DNA of 64,000 bases from an uncultured Rhodanobacteraceae bacterium (GTDB lineage: Bacteria > Pseudomonadota > Gammaproteobacteria > Xanthomonadales > Rhodanobacteraceae). How positions within the stretch are numbered: position 1 is the stretch's first letter; each line of letters opens with the position of its first letter. The DNA is taken from positions 760 to 64,759 of the forward strand of contig CAZOXZ010000001.1 of assembly GCA_964583865.1 (NCBI GenBank). Direction: 5' to 3'. The notes beneath the pieces are model-generated. The model ran no database searches. It was not told where the DNA came from and worked only from the letters and a program-made list of their open reading frames with translations. Positions 10,066 through 20,367 of this stretch are shown piece by piece. The position numbers and the translations under genes were made by a program.

Positions 10066-11565
10066 ATGGCGATTGGCGTATGGATCAGTCTGGGCCTGTA
10101 CTTTGCATTGATGCTGGCAATCGGCGCCTATGCCTGGCGCAAGGCTACCTCGTCTTCGGAGGGCTACCTGCTGGGCGAGCGCGGCCTCGGTCCTGCGGTC
10201 ACGGCGTTGTCGGCCGGTGCCTCGGACATGAGCGGCTGGCTGCTGCTGGGCTTGCCGGGGGCGCTTTTCATTTCCGGCATCAGCGAGTCGTGGATCGGCA
10301 TCGGCCTGTGGTGCGGTGCGCTGGTGAACTGGCTGGTGGTAGCCCCGCGGTTGCGGGAACAGACCGAGCGCTACAACAACTCGCTGACCATCCCGGCTTT
10401 CCTGGCCAACCGCTTCCCGACGCGCAGCATGACCCTGCGCACGGTGTCGGCCATCGTGGTGGTGGTGTTCTTCGCGGTGTACACAGCCTCCGGGCTGGTG
10501 GCCGGCGGCAAGCTGTTCGAGACCGCCTTTCACGGCCTGTTCCAGTTCGGCGGGCTCAGCGAATACCAGACCGGCATCTGCTTGACGCTGATCATCGTGC
10601 TGATCTACACCTCGATCGGCGGCTTCCTCGCCGTCAGCCTGACGGACTTCGTGCAGGGCTGCATCATGATGCTGGCGCTGGTGATCATGCCGCTGGTGAT
10701 CCTCTACGGGCACGGCGGCGAAGGGCTTTCCGGCGCCGCCGAGACGCTTTCCGGCATGGCCACGGCCGATGGCTATCTCAACTGGGTGCACGGCGTCGGC
10801 CTGATCGGCTGGCTGTCGGCGGTCACCTGGGGGCTGGGCTACTTCGGCCAGCCGCACATCATCGTGCGCTTCATGGCCATCCGCTCGGTCAAGGACGTGC
10901 CCATGGCCCGCAATATCGGCATAGGCTGGATGTTCATCTCGGTGGTCGGCTCCATCGGCGTCGGGCTGCTGGGCCGCGCCTACGCCATCCGCAACGGCCT
11001 TGACGTCAGCGACCCGGAGACGATCTTCATCATCCTGGCCGAGTTGCTGTTCAACCCGTTCGTGACCGGCTTTCTGTATGCCGCGCTGCTGGCTGCCGTG
11101 ATGAGCACGATCTCCAGCCAGCTGCTGGTGTCATCCTCCTCGCTGACCGAAGATTTTTACCGCCTGTTCCTGAATCGGAAAGCCAGCGAAAAGCAATGCG
11201 TGCGGGTGGGCCGCATCAGCGTGGTGGCTGTGGGCCTGGTCGCTGCCTTCATCGCTCGCAACCCGGATTCAGAAGTGCTGGCGCTGGTGAGCCATGCCTG
11301 GGCCGGCTTTGGCGCCGCCTTCGGCCCGCTCATCGTCCTGTCGCTGATCTGGCCGCGCATGTCCGGCACCGGTGCGGTGGCGGGACTGGTTTCCGGCGCG
11401 GCCACGGTGATCCTGTGGATCGCCATGGGCTGGAACGAGTCCTTCCTGGGCGGTGCCGGCGTGTACGAAATCATTCCCGGCTTCATCGTCTCCTGGCTGG
11501 CCATTTATGTCGTCAGCCTGATGACGCAGTCCGCCGGCGAGTTTCGCGCCATCGAAGCAGAATAG
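10066..11565 (+). CDS. putP: sodium/proline symporter
   Basis: AGGGAGA RBS precedes ATG 10066. MAIGVWISLGLYF...LGPAVTALSAGASDMSGWLLLGLPGALF closely parallels E. coli PutP. The upstream part of track ORF 9736..11565 is non-coding. Confidence 0.9.
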   Translation: MAIGVWISLGLYFALMLAIGAYAWRKATSSSEGYLLGERGLGPAVTALSAGASDMSGWLLLGLPGALFISGISESWIGIGLWCGALVNWLVVAPRLREQTERYNNSLTIPAFLANRFPTRSMTLRTVSAIVVVVFFAVYTASGLVAGGKLFETAFHGLFQFGGLSEYQTGICLTLIIVLIYTSIGGFLAVSLTDFVQGCIMMLALVIMPLVILYGHGGEGLSGAAETLSGMATADGYLNWVHGVGLIGWLSAVTWGLGYFGQPHIIVRFMAIRSVKDVPMARNIGIGWMFISVVGSIGVGLLGRAYAIRNGLDVSDPETIFIILAELLFNPFVTGFLYAALLAAVMSTISSQLLVSSSSLTEDFYRLFLNRKASEKQCVRVGRISVVAVGLVAAFIARNPDSEVLALVSHAWAGFGAAFGPLIVLSLIWPRMSGTGAVAGLVSGAATVILWIAMGWNESFLGGAGVYEIIPGFIVSWLAIYVVSLMTQSAGEFRAIEAE

Positions 11566-11630
11566 GGCCATGCGGCGCTATCATGGACGACGCCCCGGCG
11601 CCGGGGCGTTGTCCATCACGAGCGCCTGCC

Positions 11631-13643
11631 ATGTCTCTTTGTCCACGCCTGCATTCCATCGCCCCGCTTGTGGCCGCATCACTGGCCTTGTTTTTGGCCG
11701 GCTGCGCCGGACCAGGAACCCGCCCCACCACGGTGCCGGTCGGCAGCACGGCAAAGCTGACGCTGCTGGAAACCACCGACATCCATGCGCATGTCCTCGG
11801 TTTCGACTATTACCGCCTGCAAGACGACCCGCACGTGGGCCTGTCGCGCGCCGCGACGCTCATCGAAAAGGCCCGCAAGCGCTACACCAACACCCTGCTG
11901 TTCGATGCCGGCGATACCATCCAGGGCTCGGTGCTGGCCGACTACCAGGCGCTGGTGAACCCGGTGGACTGCGACGAGGAGCTGGCGGTGTTCAAGGTCA
12001 TGGACGCCATCGGCTACGATGGCGGCACGGCCGGCAATCATGAGTTCAACTACGGCCTGAAATTCCTGTCGCAGGTGACCGGCACGCCGATGCATATTGC
12101 CGGCATGCCGTTGCTGGAATGCCACGGACCGGACTATCCCATCGTCTTGGCGAACGTGTTCTCGCTGGAAACCGGCAAGCCGATCTTTCGGCCCTGGGCC
12201 ATCATCCACAGCACCATCCGGGCGACCACACCGGATGGGCGCTCGGTCGAGGCACCCTTGTCCATCGGTCTGATCGGCTTCACGCCGCCGCGCATCATGG
12301 AGTGGGACGAGCAGACCCTCAAAGGCAAGGTGCGCGTCATGGGCCTGGTCGAGGCAGCCGAGAAATACCTGCCCGAGATCGAAGCGCAACGGCCGGACCT
12401 CATCATCGGCATCGTCCACGGCGGCATCACGCGCGGCAAGTACACCTCCGAGAAGGTCAACGCCGTGCAATACCTGGCCAAGGTACCGGGCTTTGACGCC
12501 CTGATGATGGGCCACCAGCACACGGTGTTCCCCGGGCCGCGCTTTGACGACCTGCCCGGCATCGACGACGAGCGAGGCACGGTGCATGGCGTGCCGGCTG
12601 TGATGGGCGGCTTTTTCGGCAAGGACATCGGCCTGGTGCACCTCGAGCTGGCCTTCCGCGATGGCCAGTGGCATTCCGATGCCGCCGCCGCGCACAGCGA
12701 GACCTGGCCGATCTGCCCCGAGCGTGACCAGTGCGTGCCGGCGGATCCGTCCGTTGCCGCCATGGTGGCCAAGGTGCAGCAAGGCGCCGTGGCCTACGTC
12801 AACACGCCCATCGGCGCGACCAGTTTCCGCATGTCCAGCTACTTTGCCGACCTCGGCGACATGACAGCCGTGGCCGCGGTCAATGCGGCCCAGCGCGCGC
12901 GCGTGACGCAGGCCATCGCCGACAGCCACCCGGAGTTGGTCGGCATCCCGGTGCTGTCGGCCGCCGCGGCCTTCCGCACGGGCTTTGCCGGCCCGGACGA
13001 CTACACCGACGTGCCCGCCGGCAAGCTCAGCATCCGCAATGCCGCGGATCTGTACTACTACCCGAACACGCTGGCGGCGGTAAAGATCGACGGCGCCGGC
13101 CTGAAAGCCTGGCTGGAACGCGCCGCCGGGCGCTTCAACCGCATCGATCCGCACAATCCCGAGCCGCAAGCGCTGATCAGCAAGCGCTTCCCGGGCTACA
13201 ACTTCGACCAACTGGCCGGCGCCGGGCTGCACTACGTCATCGACGTCAGCAAGCCACGCGGCCAGCGCATTATCGCGCTGACTCTGGACGGTCAGCCGGT
13301 GCAACCGGACCAGGCCTTCATCGTCGCCACCAACAACTACCGCGCCAGTGGCGGCGGCGGTTTCCCGGGCATGGACGGCAGTCGCACGGTGCTGGCACCG
13401 GAGATCGAGAACCGCCAGGTGCTGATCAACTGGCTGCGCGCCGCGCCGACGCTGGAAAAAAAGGACTTCGTGCTCGACTCCTGGGATTTCGCGCCGCTGG
13501 ACACGGCCGGGCCGGTGACCATCACCAGCGCCAGCGGCAAGCTCGACGTGGCCCGCATGGACGGCCTGGACAACATCCGCCTGCTGCAGCACAACGGCGA
13601 CGGCACCAGCACCTATGCGGTGGACTTGTCGAAGCCGGAATGA
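11631..13643 (+). CDS. cpdB: bifunctional 2',3'-cyclic-nucleotide 2'-phosphodiesterase/3'-nucleotidase-like metallophosphoesterase (lipoprotein)
   Basis: Start chosen at MSLCPRLHSIAPLVAASLALFLAGC (lipobox). TTDIHAHV, DAGDTIQGS and GNHEFNYG are metallophosphoesterase motifs. The C-terminus is a 5'-nucleotidase domain. Confidence 0.82.
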   Translation: MSLCPRLHSIAPLVAASLALFLAGCAGPGTRPTTVPVGSTAKLTLLETTDIHAHVLGFDYYRLQDDPHVGLSRAATLIEKARKRYTNTLLFDAGDTIQGSVLADYQALVNPVDCDEELAVFKVMDAIGYDGGTAGNHEFNYGLKFLSQVTGTPMHIAGMPLLECHGPDYPIVLANVFSLETGKPIFRPWAIIHSTIRATTPDGRSVEAPLSIGLIGFTPPRIMEWDEQTLKGKVRVMGLVEAAEKYLPEIEAQRPDLIIGIVHGGITRGKYTSEKVNAVQYLAKVPGFDALMMGHQHTVFPGPRFDDLPGIDDERGTVHGVPAVMGGFFGKDIGLVHLELAFRDGQWHSDAAAAHSETWPICPERDQCVPADPSVAAMVAKVQQGAVAYVNTPIGATSFRMSSYFADLGDMTAVAAVNAAQRARVTQAIADSHPELVGIPVLSAAAAFRTGFAGPDDYTDVPAGKLSIRNAADLYYYPNTLAAVKIDGAGLKAWLERAAGRFNRIDPHNPEPQALISKRFPGYNFDQLAGAGLHYVIDVSKPRGQRIIALTLDGQPVQPDQAFIVATNNYRASGGGGFPGMDGSRTVLAPEIENRQVLINWLRAAPTLEKKDFVLDSWDFAPLDTAGPVTITSASGKLDVARMDGLDNIRLLQHNGDGTSTYAVDLSKPE

Positions 13644-13649
13644 GGGCCG

Positions 13650-14396
13650 TCAGGCGCGTGCGACCTGCAGCCCGGCGGCCGACTGGCTGACAGGCATCAA
13701 CTCCAGGCGATTGACGTTGAGATGCCCCGGCAGGTTGGCGATCCACCACACCGTGTCGGCAATATCCGTGGCGGTGATGGGGTCGGTGCCGGCGTAAAGC
13801 TTGTCCGAAGCGGCCCGGTCGCCGCCGGTGCGCACCAGCGTGAACTCGGTTTCGGCCATGCCGGGCTCGATGTTGCTGACGCGCACGCCGGTGCCGTGCA
13901 GGTCCACCCGCAGGTTGGCCGAGAACTGCGCCACGAAGGCCTTGGTGGCACCGTAGACGTTGCCGCCCGGATACGGGTAGCTGCCCGAAATGGAGCCGAT
14001 GTTGACGATGGCGCCGCGCCGCTCAATGAGGCGCGGCAGCAGCAGCCGCGTCAGCCGTACCAGCGCGCTGACGTTGGTGTCGATCATCTGCTGCCACTGG
14101 TCGATGTCGCTTTCTTGCGCCGGGACGGTACCCAGCGCCAGACCGGCGTTGTTGACCAGCAAGTCGATGCCGGCAAAGTCCGCCGGCAAGGCGTCAACGA
14201 CATCGGCCATGGCCACGGCATCGCGCATGTCGAAGACCGCCGCGTGGATCCGGTCCGTGCCGAAGCGCTGCTGCAAGGCCGTCAGACGTTCGGCACGGCG
14301 GGCACAGGCCACCACGCGCCAGCCCTCGCTGGCAAAACGTTCGGCCATGGCCGCACCGAAGCCGGCACTGGCACCGGTGATGAAAACCGTCTTCAT
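13650..14396 (-). CDS. SDR family NADP-dependent oxidoreductase (YdfG-like)
   Basis: 248 aa. MKTVFITGASAGFG, NNAG and YGATKAF motifs. Confidence 0.88.
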   Translation of the reverse strand: MKTVFITGASAGFGAAMAERFASEGWRVVACARRAERLTALQQRFGTDRIHAAVFDMRDAVAMADVVDALPADFAGIDLLVNNAGLALGTVPAQESDIDQWQQMIDTNVSALVRLTRLLLPRLIERRGAIVNIGSISGSYPYPGGNVYGATKAFVAQFSANLRVDLHGTGVRVSNIEPGMAETEFTLVRTGGDRAASDKLYAGTDPITATDIADTVWWIANLPGHLNVNRLELMPVSQSAAGLQVARA

Positions 14397-14400
14397 CGCA

Positions 14401-14973
14401 TCATTCCTTCAGCGCTAGCGCCTTGATGCCGGCTTGCTGCAAACGGTTGCGCGTCTCTTCCAGCGCCGCGGCATCGTCGAACGGGCCCAGGCGGACACGG
14501 TGCCAGGTCTGGCCGTCGATAGTGACATCCCGGACCTGCGAGGAGTAGCCCAGCAAGGCGAGCCGCGCTTTCAGCTTGTTGGCGTCACTGCTGCTGGGAA
14601 AGGAACCGGCCTGCAACACGTAGCTGCCACTGTCGGTCGACTTCGACTTGTCGCCGGCCGCCGTGGGCTGGCCAACGTCGTCCCGGGCCGGGTGGGCCTC
14701 GGGGATCACCACGCGCCGTTCTGGCAGTTCGGTATAAAAGCCCCAGGATTCCTTGTCCGGCTCGGCAGCAATACCAGGCTTGCTGGGCGCTGGCACCGTG
14801 GCATCGGGCTGCGGCGTGGGGCCGTCCGGGTCGCGCAAGGTGGGCGCATAGCCGGCCAGGAACACCCAGCTGGCCAGAATCACGCCCAGAACCACGCCCA
14901 GCAGCAGCCAGGCCCAGGCCGGGACGCGCGGTTGATTCCCGCGTACCGCCTGCTTGCGTTTCTTCCCTGCCAC
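14401..14973 (-). CDS. SPOR domain-containing protein (cell-division-associated)
   Basis: GTG start and a single TM (WAWLLLGVVLGVILASWVF). The C-terminal SYVLQAGSFPSSSDANKLKARLALLGY...WHRVRLGPF is a SPOR repeat. Confidence 0.8.
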   Translation of the reverse strand: MAGKKRKQAVRGNQPRVPAWAWLLLGVVLGVILASWVFLAGYAPTLRDPDGPTPQPDATVPAPSKPGIAAEPDKESWGFYTELPERRVVIPEAHPARDDVGQPTAAGDKSKSTDSGSYVLQAGSFPSSSDANKLKARLALLGYSSQVRDVTIDGQTWHRVRLGPFDDAAALEETRNRLQQAGIKALALKE

Positions 14974-16679
14974 TACACGTCCTCCGTTCGTTCTGCCATG
15001 CGCTGCGGCGCGTCCAGACCCAGCAGGGCCAGGCCGTTGGCCAGCACCTGACGCGTCGCCAGTGCCAGGTACAGGCGGGCGTTGCGCACGGTCGCATCGG
15101 CGACCAGAAAATGCTGGCTGTTGTAATAGCTGTGCAGCTCGCCCGCCACATCGCGCAGGTATTGTGCCACGGCGTGCGGCTCAAGACGCTCGGCGGCTGC
15201 CGCCAGCATCTCCGGGTAGCGCGACAAGGTCACCATCAAGGTTCGCGCATGCGGGTCTTCCAGCTGGTCCAGAGCCGCCCGACCGGCCGCTTCGTCAAAG
15301 GTCAGGCCTTGCGCCTCCAGTTTCTCCATCACCGAACACAACCGCGCATGGGCGTACTGGATGTAGTACACCGGGTTGTCGTTGGACTGCGAACGCGCCA
15401 GGTCGATGTCGAAGACGATCTGCGAGTCGGCCTTGCGCTCGACCAGGAAATAGCGCGTGGCATCGCGCCCGACCTCGTCGATGAGATCGCGCAAGGTGAG
15501 GTAACTGCCGGCACGCTTGGACAGCTTCACTTCCTCGCCGCCGCGGGTGACGGTGACCATCTGGTGCAGCACATACTCCGGCCAGCCGGCCGGGATGCCG
15601 ACGTCCAGCGCCTGCAGCCCCGCGCGCACGCGCGCCAGCGAGCCGTGGTGATCCGAACCCAACTCGGTGATGGCACGCACATAGCCGCGCTGCCACTTGC
15701 TCCAGTGGTAGGCCACATCCGGCACGAAGTAGGTGAAATGGCCGTCCGACTTGCGCATCACGCGGTCCTTGTCGTCGCCGAAGTCGGTGCTGCGCAGCCA
15801 CAAGGCACCGTCCTCCTCGTAGCTGTGGCCACGCTCGGCGAGCTCGGCCACGGTATTGTCCACCATGCCATCGGCATACAGCGAGGACTCCAGAAAGTAC
15901 ACGTCGAAGCCGACGCCGAAGGCCTTCAGATCGCCGTCCTGCTCCTCGCGCAACACGGCCACGGCGAAGCGGCGAATGCCGTCCAGGTCATCCACCTGGC
16001 CGGTGGCGGTGACGGTGCCGCTGTCGGTCTCGACGCTGTCGCCGTCCATCCAGCGGCGCGCCACCTCCTTGATGTACTCGCCACGGTAGCCATCGGCCGG
16101 CCAATCCGGGTCATCGGGACCCAGGCCGCGAGCACGCGCCTGCACCGACAAGGCCAGGTTGTCGATCTGCGCGCCGGCATCGTTGTAGTAGTACTCGCGG
16201 CGCACATCCCAGCCCGTCGCCTCCAGCAGAGCACTGATGCAGTCGCCGAGAATGGCCGCACGGCCGTGGCCGACATGCAGCGGCCCGGTTGGATTGGCCG
16301 AGACGAACTCCACGCCCACGGTCACGCCCTGGCCGGCGTTGTTGCGGCCGTAGGCTTCGCCCATCTCGACGATGCGCTCCAGCTCGGCATGCCAAGCCGC
16401 CGGCGTCAGGAACAGGTTGATGAACCCCGGCCCCGCGACCTCGACCTTGTTCACCATGTCGCTGGCGGGCAGGGCCGCGATGATGGCCTCGGCCAGCTGG
16501 CGCGGGTTGCGTCGCGCGCTGCGAGCCAGCAGCATGGCGACATTGCAGGCAAAATCACCGTGTTCCGGCGAGCGCGTGCGCTCGAGAACGTAGTCGGGGA
16601 TGGCATCGCGTTCCAGCGTGCCGTCGGCCACCAGTTGGTCGAGCGCCTGATTGACGAGGGCGTACAGTTGTTCCTTCAT
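14973..16679 (-). CDS. argS: arginine--tRNA ligase
   Basis: Start at [13 protein letters not shown] (cat 16677..16679). Has the [22 protein letters not shown] motif and a KLSKRAG KMSK-like motif. Confidence 0.95.
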   Translation of the reverse strand: MKEQLYALVNQALDQLVADGTLERDAIPDYVLERTRSPEHGDFACNVAMLLARSARRNPRQLAEAIIAALPASDMVNKVEVAGPGFINLFLTPAAWHAELERIVEMGEAYGRNNAGQGVTVGVEFVSANPTGPLHVGHGRAAILGDCISALLEATGWDVRREYYYNDAGAQIDNLALSVQARARGLGPDDPDWPADGYRGEYIKEVARRWMDGDSVETDSGTVTATGQVDDLDGIRRFAVAVLREEQDGDLKAFGVGFDVYFLESSLYADGMVDNTVAELAERGHSYEEDGALWLRSTDFGDDKDRVMRKSDGHFTYFVPDVAYHWSKWQRGYVRAITELGSDHHGSLARVRAGLQALDVGIPAGWPEYVLHQMVTVTRGGEEVKLSKRAGSYLTLRDLIDEVGRDATRYFLVERKADSQIVFDIDLARSQSNDNPVYYIQYAHARLCSVMEKLEAQGLTFDEAAGRAALDQLEDPHARTLMVTLSRYPEMLAAAAERLEPHAVAQYLRDVAGELHSYYNSQHFLVADATVRNARLYLALATRQVLANGLALLGLDAPQRMAERTEDV

Positions 16680-16792
16680 GACAGTTCGGGGCGGATCGGG
16701 CCCGGTATCGTACCAGCGTTGGCCTGTACCACAAGCGGGCAACGCTGCGCCATGGCTTGCGAAAGGCCTGCGTCGGCACCATCTGCAGAGGC

Positions 16793-17509
16793 ATGAGCAA
16801 GATGTATTTCGACCTCGACCCGACCGCGGTGAACCGTGCCAGCATCGCCGACGATCGCCGTCGCTGGCGTTTTGCCTTCATGTGGACGGGCGGCTTCGTG
16901 CTGTTGCTGTGGCTGATCCTGGCCGTACAGGCTGCCACCGGCTTCAATCCGGGCGCGCTGGGTGTGCGCCCGCGCACACTCTCGGGCTTGATCGGCATCC
17001 TCACCGCCCCGCTGGTCCATTCCGGCTTCGCTCACCTGTTCGCCAACACCTCCGCGCTGCTGGTGCTGGGCGTACTGGCTTTCCGGCTGTACCCGCGCGC
17101 CATCCGCTACGGCCTGCCCATCATCTGGCTGGGCTCCGGCACCCTGGTGTGGCTGCTGGCGCGGCCGGCGGCCCACATCGGCGCCAGCGGCATCACCCAC
17201 GGCCTGATGTTCTTCATCTTCGCCATGGGCCTGCTGCGCCACGAACGCCTGGCCATCCTGGCCTCGATGGTGGTGTTCTTCCTGTACGGCTCGATGATCT
17301 ACGGCGTCCTGCCACAGGACCCGAGCATCTCCTTCGAGTACCACCTGTTCGGCTCCCTTTGCGGCCTGCTGGCCGCGATGGGCCTGTCACGCATGGACCC
17401 GCTGCCGCCGCGCAAGAAATACAGCTGGGACCACGAAGACGAGGAAGACGAAGACGACCCGGACTTCCAGCCCATCGACTGGGCCGTGGATGATGAGGAC
17501 AGGCCGTAG
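16793..17509 (+). CDS. rhomboid family intramembrane serine protease
   Basis: Has [11 protein letters not shown] and [10 protein letters not shown] (GxSG) motifs and multiple TMs, with an acidic C-terminal tail. ATG 16793 is preferred over the TTG at 16757. Confidence 0.82.
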   Translation: MSKMYFDLDPTAVNRASIADDRRRWRFAFMWTGGFVLLLWLILAVQAATGFNPGALGVRPRTLSGLIGILTAPLVHSGFAHLFANTSALLVLGVLAFRLYPRAIRYGLPIIWLGSGTLVWLLARPAAHIGASGITHGLMFFIFAMGLLRHERLAILASMVVFFLYGSMIYGVLPQDPSISFEYHLFGSLCGLLAAMGLSRMDPLPPRKKYSWDHEDEEDEDDPDFQPIDWAVDDEDRP

Positions 17510-17519
17510 GGTGGGAGCG

Positions 17520-17725
17520 GGGATGGAGCAGGAAGCAGGGAATGGGGAATCGGGAATCGGGAATAGGGAACAGGGAATAGGGAATAGGGAATAGGGAATC
17601 GGTGCCGGATCCGCGCTGCGCGCTTGATCCGGCCTACGTCAAGCTACCGGGCACCCCGTAGGCCCGCTCAAGGAGCGCAGCGACGGAGCGGGCATTTGGG
17701 TCGGGAATCGGGATCCGCGACCCGA
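17520..17725. repeat. interspersed repeat family A: nine tandem GGGAATN heptamers (17538..17600) plus about 120 bp of conserved body
   Basis: Read directly from the sequence. The body recurs inverted at 4351..4490. The heptamer block recurs degenerate at 31635..31686. Confidence 0.9.
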
Positions 17726-17735
17726 ACAAGCGCAA

Positions 17736-19019
17736 CTACAACGCGTGATGTCCGATGTCGCCGCGGCAGAAGGCGCCTTCAAAGCTGATTTCGCTGGCGG
17801 CTTCGTAGGCTTTGTGCTTGGCTCCGGCGAGGGTTTCATCCAGGGCACAGACGCACAGGACGCGGCCGCCGGCGGTGACCACCTGGCCATCGTCGGCGAG
17901 GCGGGTGCCGGCGTGGAAGACTTTCACGTGCGGGGCTTCGGCGCGTTCCAGGCCGGCAATCGGCAGGCCCTTGCGCACGCGGCCCGGGTAGCCGCCCGAG
18001 CACAGCACCACGCCCAGGGCCGCGCGCGGATCCCAGTGGGTCGTGGCTGCATCCAGCTCGCGGTCCAGGGCTGCCTCGATCAGGTCGGCGAGGTCGGACT
18101 CCAGGCGCAGCAGCAAGGGCTGGGTTTCCGGGTCACCCATGCGCACGTTGAACTCCACCACGTGAGGGTTGCCGGCAGCATCGATCATCAGGCCGGCGTA
18201 CAGGAAGCCGATGAAGGGCGTGCCGTCCGCCGCCATGCCGTCCAGCACCGGCTGGATGACACGCGCCATGATGCGCTGCTCGACATCGGCATCGACACAC
18301 GGGGCCGGGGAAATGGCGCCCATGCCGCCGGTGTTGGGACCGATGTCACCGGCGTCACGACGCTTGTGGTCCTGGCTGGAAGCCAGCGGCAGGGCGTGCT
18401 TGCCGTCGGCCAAAACAATGAAGCTGGCTTCTTCGCCCTCGAGGAAGGCCTCGATGACAATCTCGCGCGAGGCCTCGCCGAAAGCCCGGCTGCCCAGCAT
18501 GTCCCGCACTGCCTGCTCGGCTTCGGCCACGGTCTGGGCCACGATCACGCCCTTGCCGCCGGCCAGACCATCGGCCTTGATGACGATGGGTGCGCCCTGC
18601 TTGCGCACATGCGCCAGCGCCGGCTCGATCTCGCGGAACACGGCATGGCGGGCGGTCGGGATGCCGTGGCGAGCCATGAAATCCTTGGCGAAGGCCTTGG
18701 AGCCTTCCAGTTGTGCGGGGATGGCGCGCGGGCCGAAGCAGCGCAGGCCTGCAGCCGCAAATCGGTCCACCAGCCCGGCCACCAGCGGTGCTTCAGGGCC
18801 GACCACGGTAAACATCGGTGCTTCGTCCTGCGCCAGTTGCAGCAACCCGTTGATGTCGTCGGCAGCCACGGCCACGTTGCGCACATCGGGCTCGGCAGCC
18901 GTGCCGGCATTGCCCGGCGCCACCAGGACCTCGTCGATGCGCGACGAGCGGGCGAGTTTCCAGGCCAGAGCGTGTTCACGGCCACCGCCGCCGATGACCA
19001 GTACTTTGCGTTGGGACAT
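17736..19019 (-). CDS. purD: phosphoribosylamine--glycine ligase
   Basis: Start at MSQRKVLVIGGGGREHALAWKL (cat 19017..19019). ATP-grasp body conserved throughout. Confidence 0.95.
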   Translation of the reverse strand: MSQRKVLVIGGGGREHALAWKLARSSRIDEVLVAPGNAGTAAEPDVRNVAVAADDINGLLQLAQDEAPMFTVVGPEAPLVAGLVDRFAAAGLRCFGPRAIPAQLEGSKAFAKDFMARHGIPTARHAVFREIEPALAHVRKQGAPIVIKADGLAGGKGVIVAQTVAEAEQAVRDMLGSRAFGEASREIVIEAFLEGEEASFIVLADGKHALPLASSQDHKRRDAGDIGPNTGGMGAISPAPCVDADVEQRIMARVIQPVLDGMAADGTPFIGFLYAGLMIDAAGNPHVVEFNVRMGDPETQPLLLRLESDLADLIEAALDRELDAATTHWDPRAALGVVLCSGGYPGRVRKGLPIAGLERAEAPHVKVFHAGTRLADDGQVVTAGGRVLCVCALDETLAGAKHKAYEAASEISFEGAFCRGDIGHHAL

Positions 19020-19020
19020 G

Positions 19021-20352
19021 TCAGGACTCCAGTTCTGCCAGCGCCTGCAACAAGGCGGCACGCGGCAATTTGCCCACGGCGTTGCGCGGCAGATTGCCGA
19101 CACGATGCAGCCGACGCGGCAGGAAGGCCGGGTCGATCTGCCGCCTGAGAGCGGCGAGAATATCAGCTTCGGCCAGCCGCGGCGCCACCACCAGGGCAGC
19201 CAGGCGCCGGGTGCGCTGGCCGGGCCGTGCATCGAGCTGGAACATCACGCCATCGACGACGCCCTCGATGGCCTTCAGACGTCGTGTCAGATCGTTCAGG
19301 GAGGCACGCTTGCCGGCAATTTCCACCTGGTCGGCATGGCGGCCGCAAAGACGGAAGTGCCGCGCATCGGGTTGTTCCACGAGGTCCGCCAACAGCATGT
19401 CTTCAGGCAACCAGTCCGCCCTGACGAGGCTGCCGTCGTCCCGTGCCACCAACGCGACGCCCTCGTGCAGCGTCCACACATCGCCGCGTACCGGCTGACG
19501 GTGGGCGATGATGCAGGTCTCGGTGGCACCGAAGAACTCGATGACGGGCGCGCCGCAGCGGCGTTCGGCGCGCTCGGCCAGATCGACCGGCAACGGCGCC
19601 GTGGCACTGGCGATGCCGGCCATGGGCGGCAGCTCCAGGCCCGCATCCAGCAGGCTGGCCAGGTGCAGCGGCGTGGTCACCAGCAGGCGCGGCGCCGGCA
19701 CCGCTTCAAGTGCCGCAACAATGTCGGCCGGGTACAGCGGCACATCGCAGGCCACGGCCAAGGGGCCGCCCAATGGCAACAGCAGGGCCATTTCCACGCC
19801 GTACATGTGCTGCGGCGGCACCGTGGGCACGATGTTGAACGGCCCGCCCGTGGCCTGCATCAACACGGCCATGTTGCGCTCGTTGCTGGCCTGGAATTGA
19901 CCCCAGAGCTTGCGGTGGGCGCTGGGCTGGCCGGTGGAACCGGAGGTGTGGCCGATGATGACGCATTGGTCGATCGGGATCATGGGCACGGTCTGGTCGT
20001 GCCCGGCGCCCGACGGCGGCAGACGCAGGCAGTCCATGCCCGGATCGGGATCATCATGCCCGACGACCACCGTGCTGCCCGGATGGGGGGCCCGCACTTC
20101 GGCCACGGCCTGCGGCGCCCGCGAGGGCGGCAACAGGCTGCACTGGCCGGCGGTGGCGGCAGCGGCAAAGGCCACGGTGAAGTCGTAGCGCTGCCGGCAC
20201 AGGTTCACCACGGGTGCCGTGGGCGACAGCGCCGCGCGTGCCTGGGCCACGTCGGCCAGAAACGTCGAGTGCAGGACCGGCTCGCCATCACGCCAGAACA
20301 AGGGCCGCAGCGCGTCACCGGCAACCAGCAATGGCAGGGATTCGGCGGACAA
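19021..20352 (-). CDS. AMP-binding (adenylate-forming) enzyme, acyl-CoA/acyl-AMP ligase-like
   Basis: 443 aa. IIGHTSGSTGQP (A3 core), FFGATETC (A5-like) and GKRASLNDL...GKLPR C-terminal motifs. The stop lies 1 nt from the purD start. Confidence 0.8.
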   Translation of the reverse strand: MSAESLPLLVAGDALRPLFWRDGEPVLHSTFLADVAQARAALSPTAPVVNLCRQRYDFTVAFAAAATAGQCSLLPPSRAPQAVAEVRAPHPGSTVVVGHDDPDPGMDCLRLPPSGAGHDQTVPMIPIDQCVIIGHTSGSTGQPSAHRKLWGQFQASNERNMAVLMQATGGPFNIVPTVPPQHMYGVEMALLLPLGGPLAVACDVPLYPADIVAALEAVPAPRLLVTTPLHLASLLDAGLELPPMAGIASATAPLPVDLAERAERRCGAPVIEFFGATETCIIAHRQPVRGDVWTLHEGVALVARDDGSLVRADWLPEDMLLADLVEQPDARHFRLCGRHADQVEIAGKRASLNDLTRRLKAIEGVVDGVMFQLDARPGQRTRRLAALVVAPRLAEADILAALRRQIDPAFLPRRLHRVGNLPRNAVGKLPRAALLQALAELES

Positions 20353-20367
20353 GAAAAGCTCCCGGAG

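Noticed and set aside
17538-17600. Possible CRISPR array, from the heptamer runs and the family B tandem units at 52522..52769
   Set aside because: The heptamers are contiguous with no spacers. Family B has only two adjacent units separated by 32 nt, and the same units occur dispersed and inverted. No cas genes are present.
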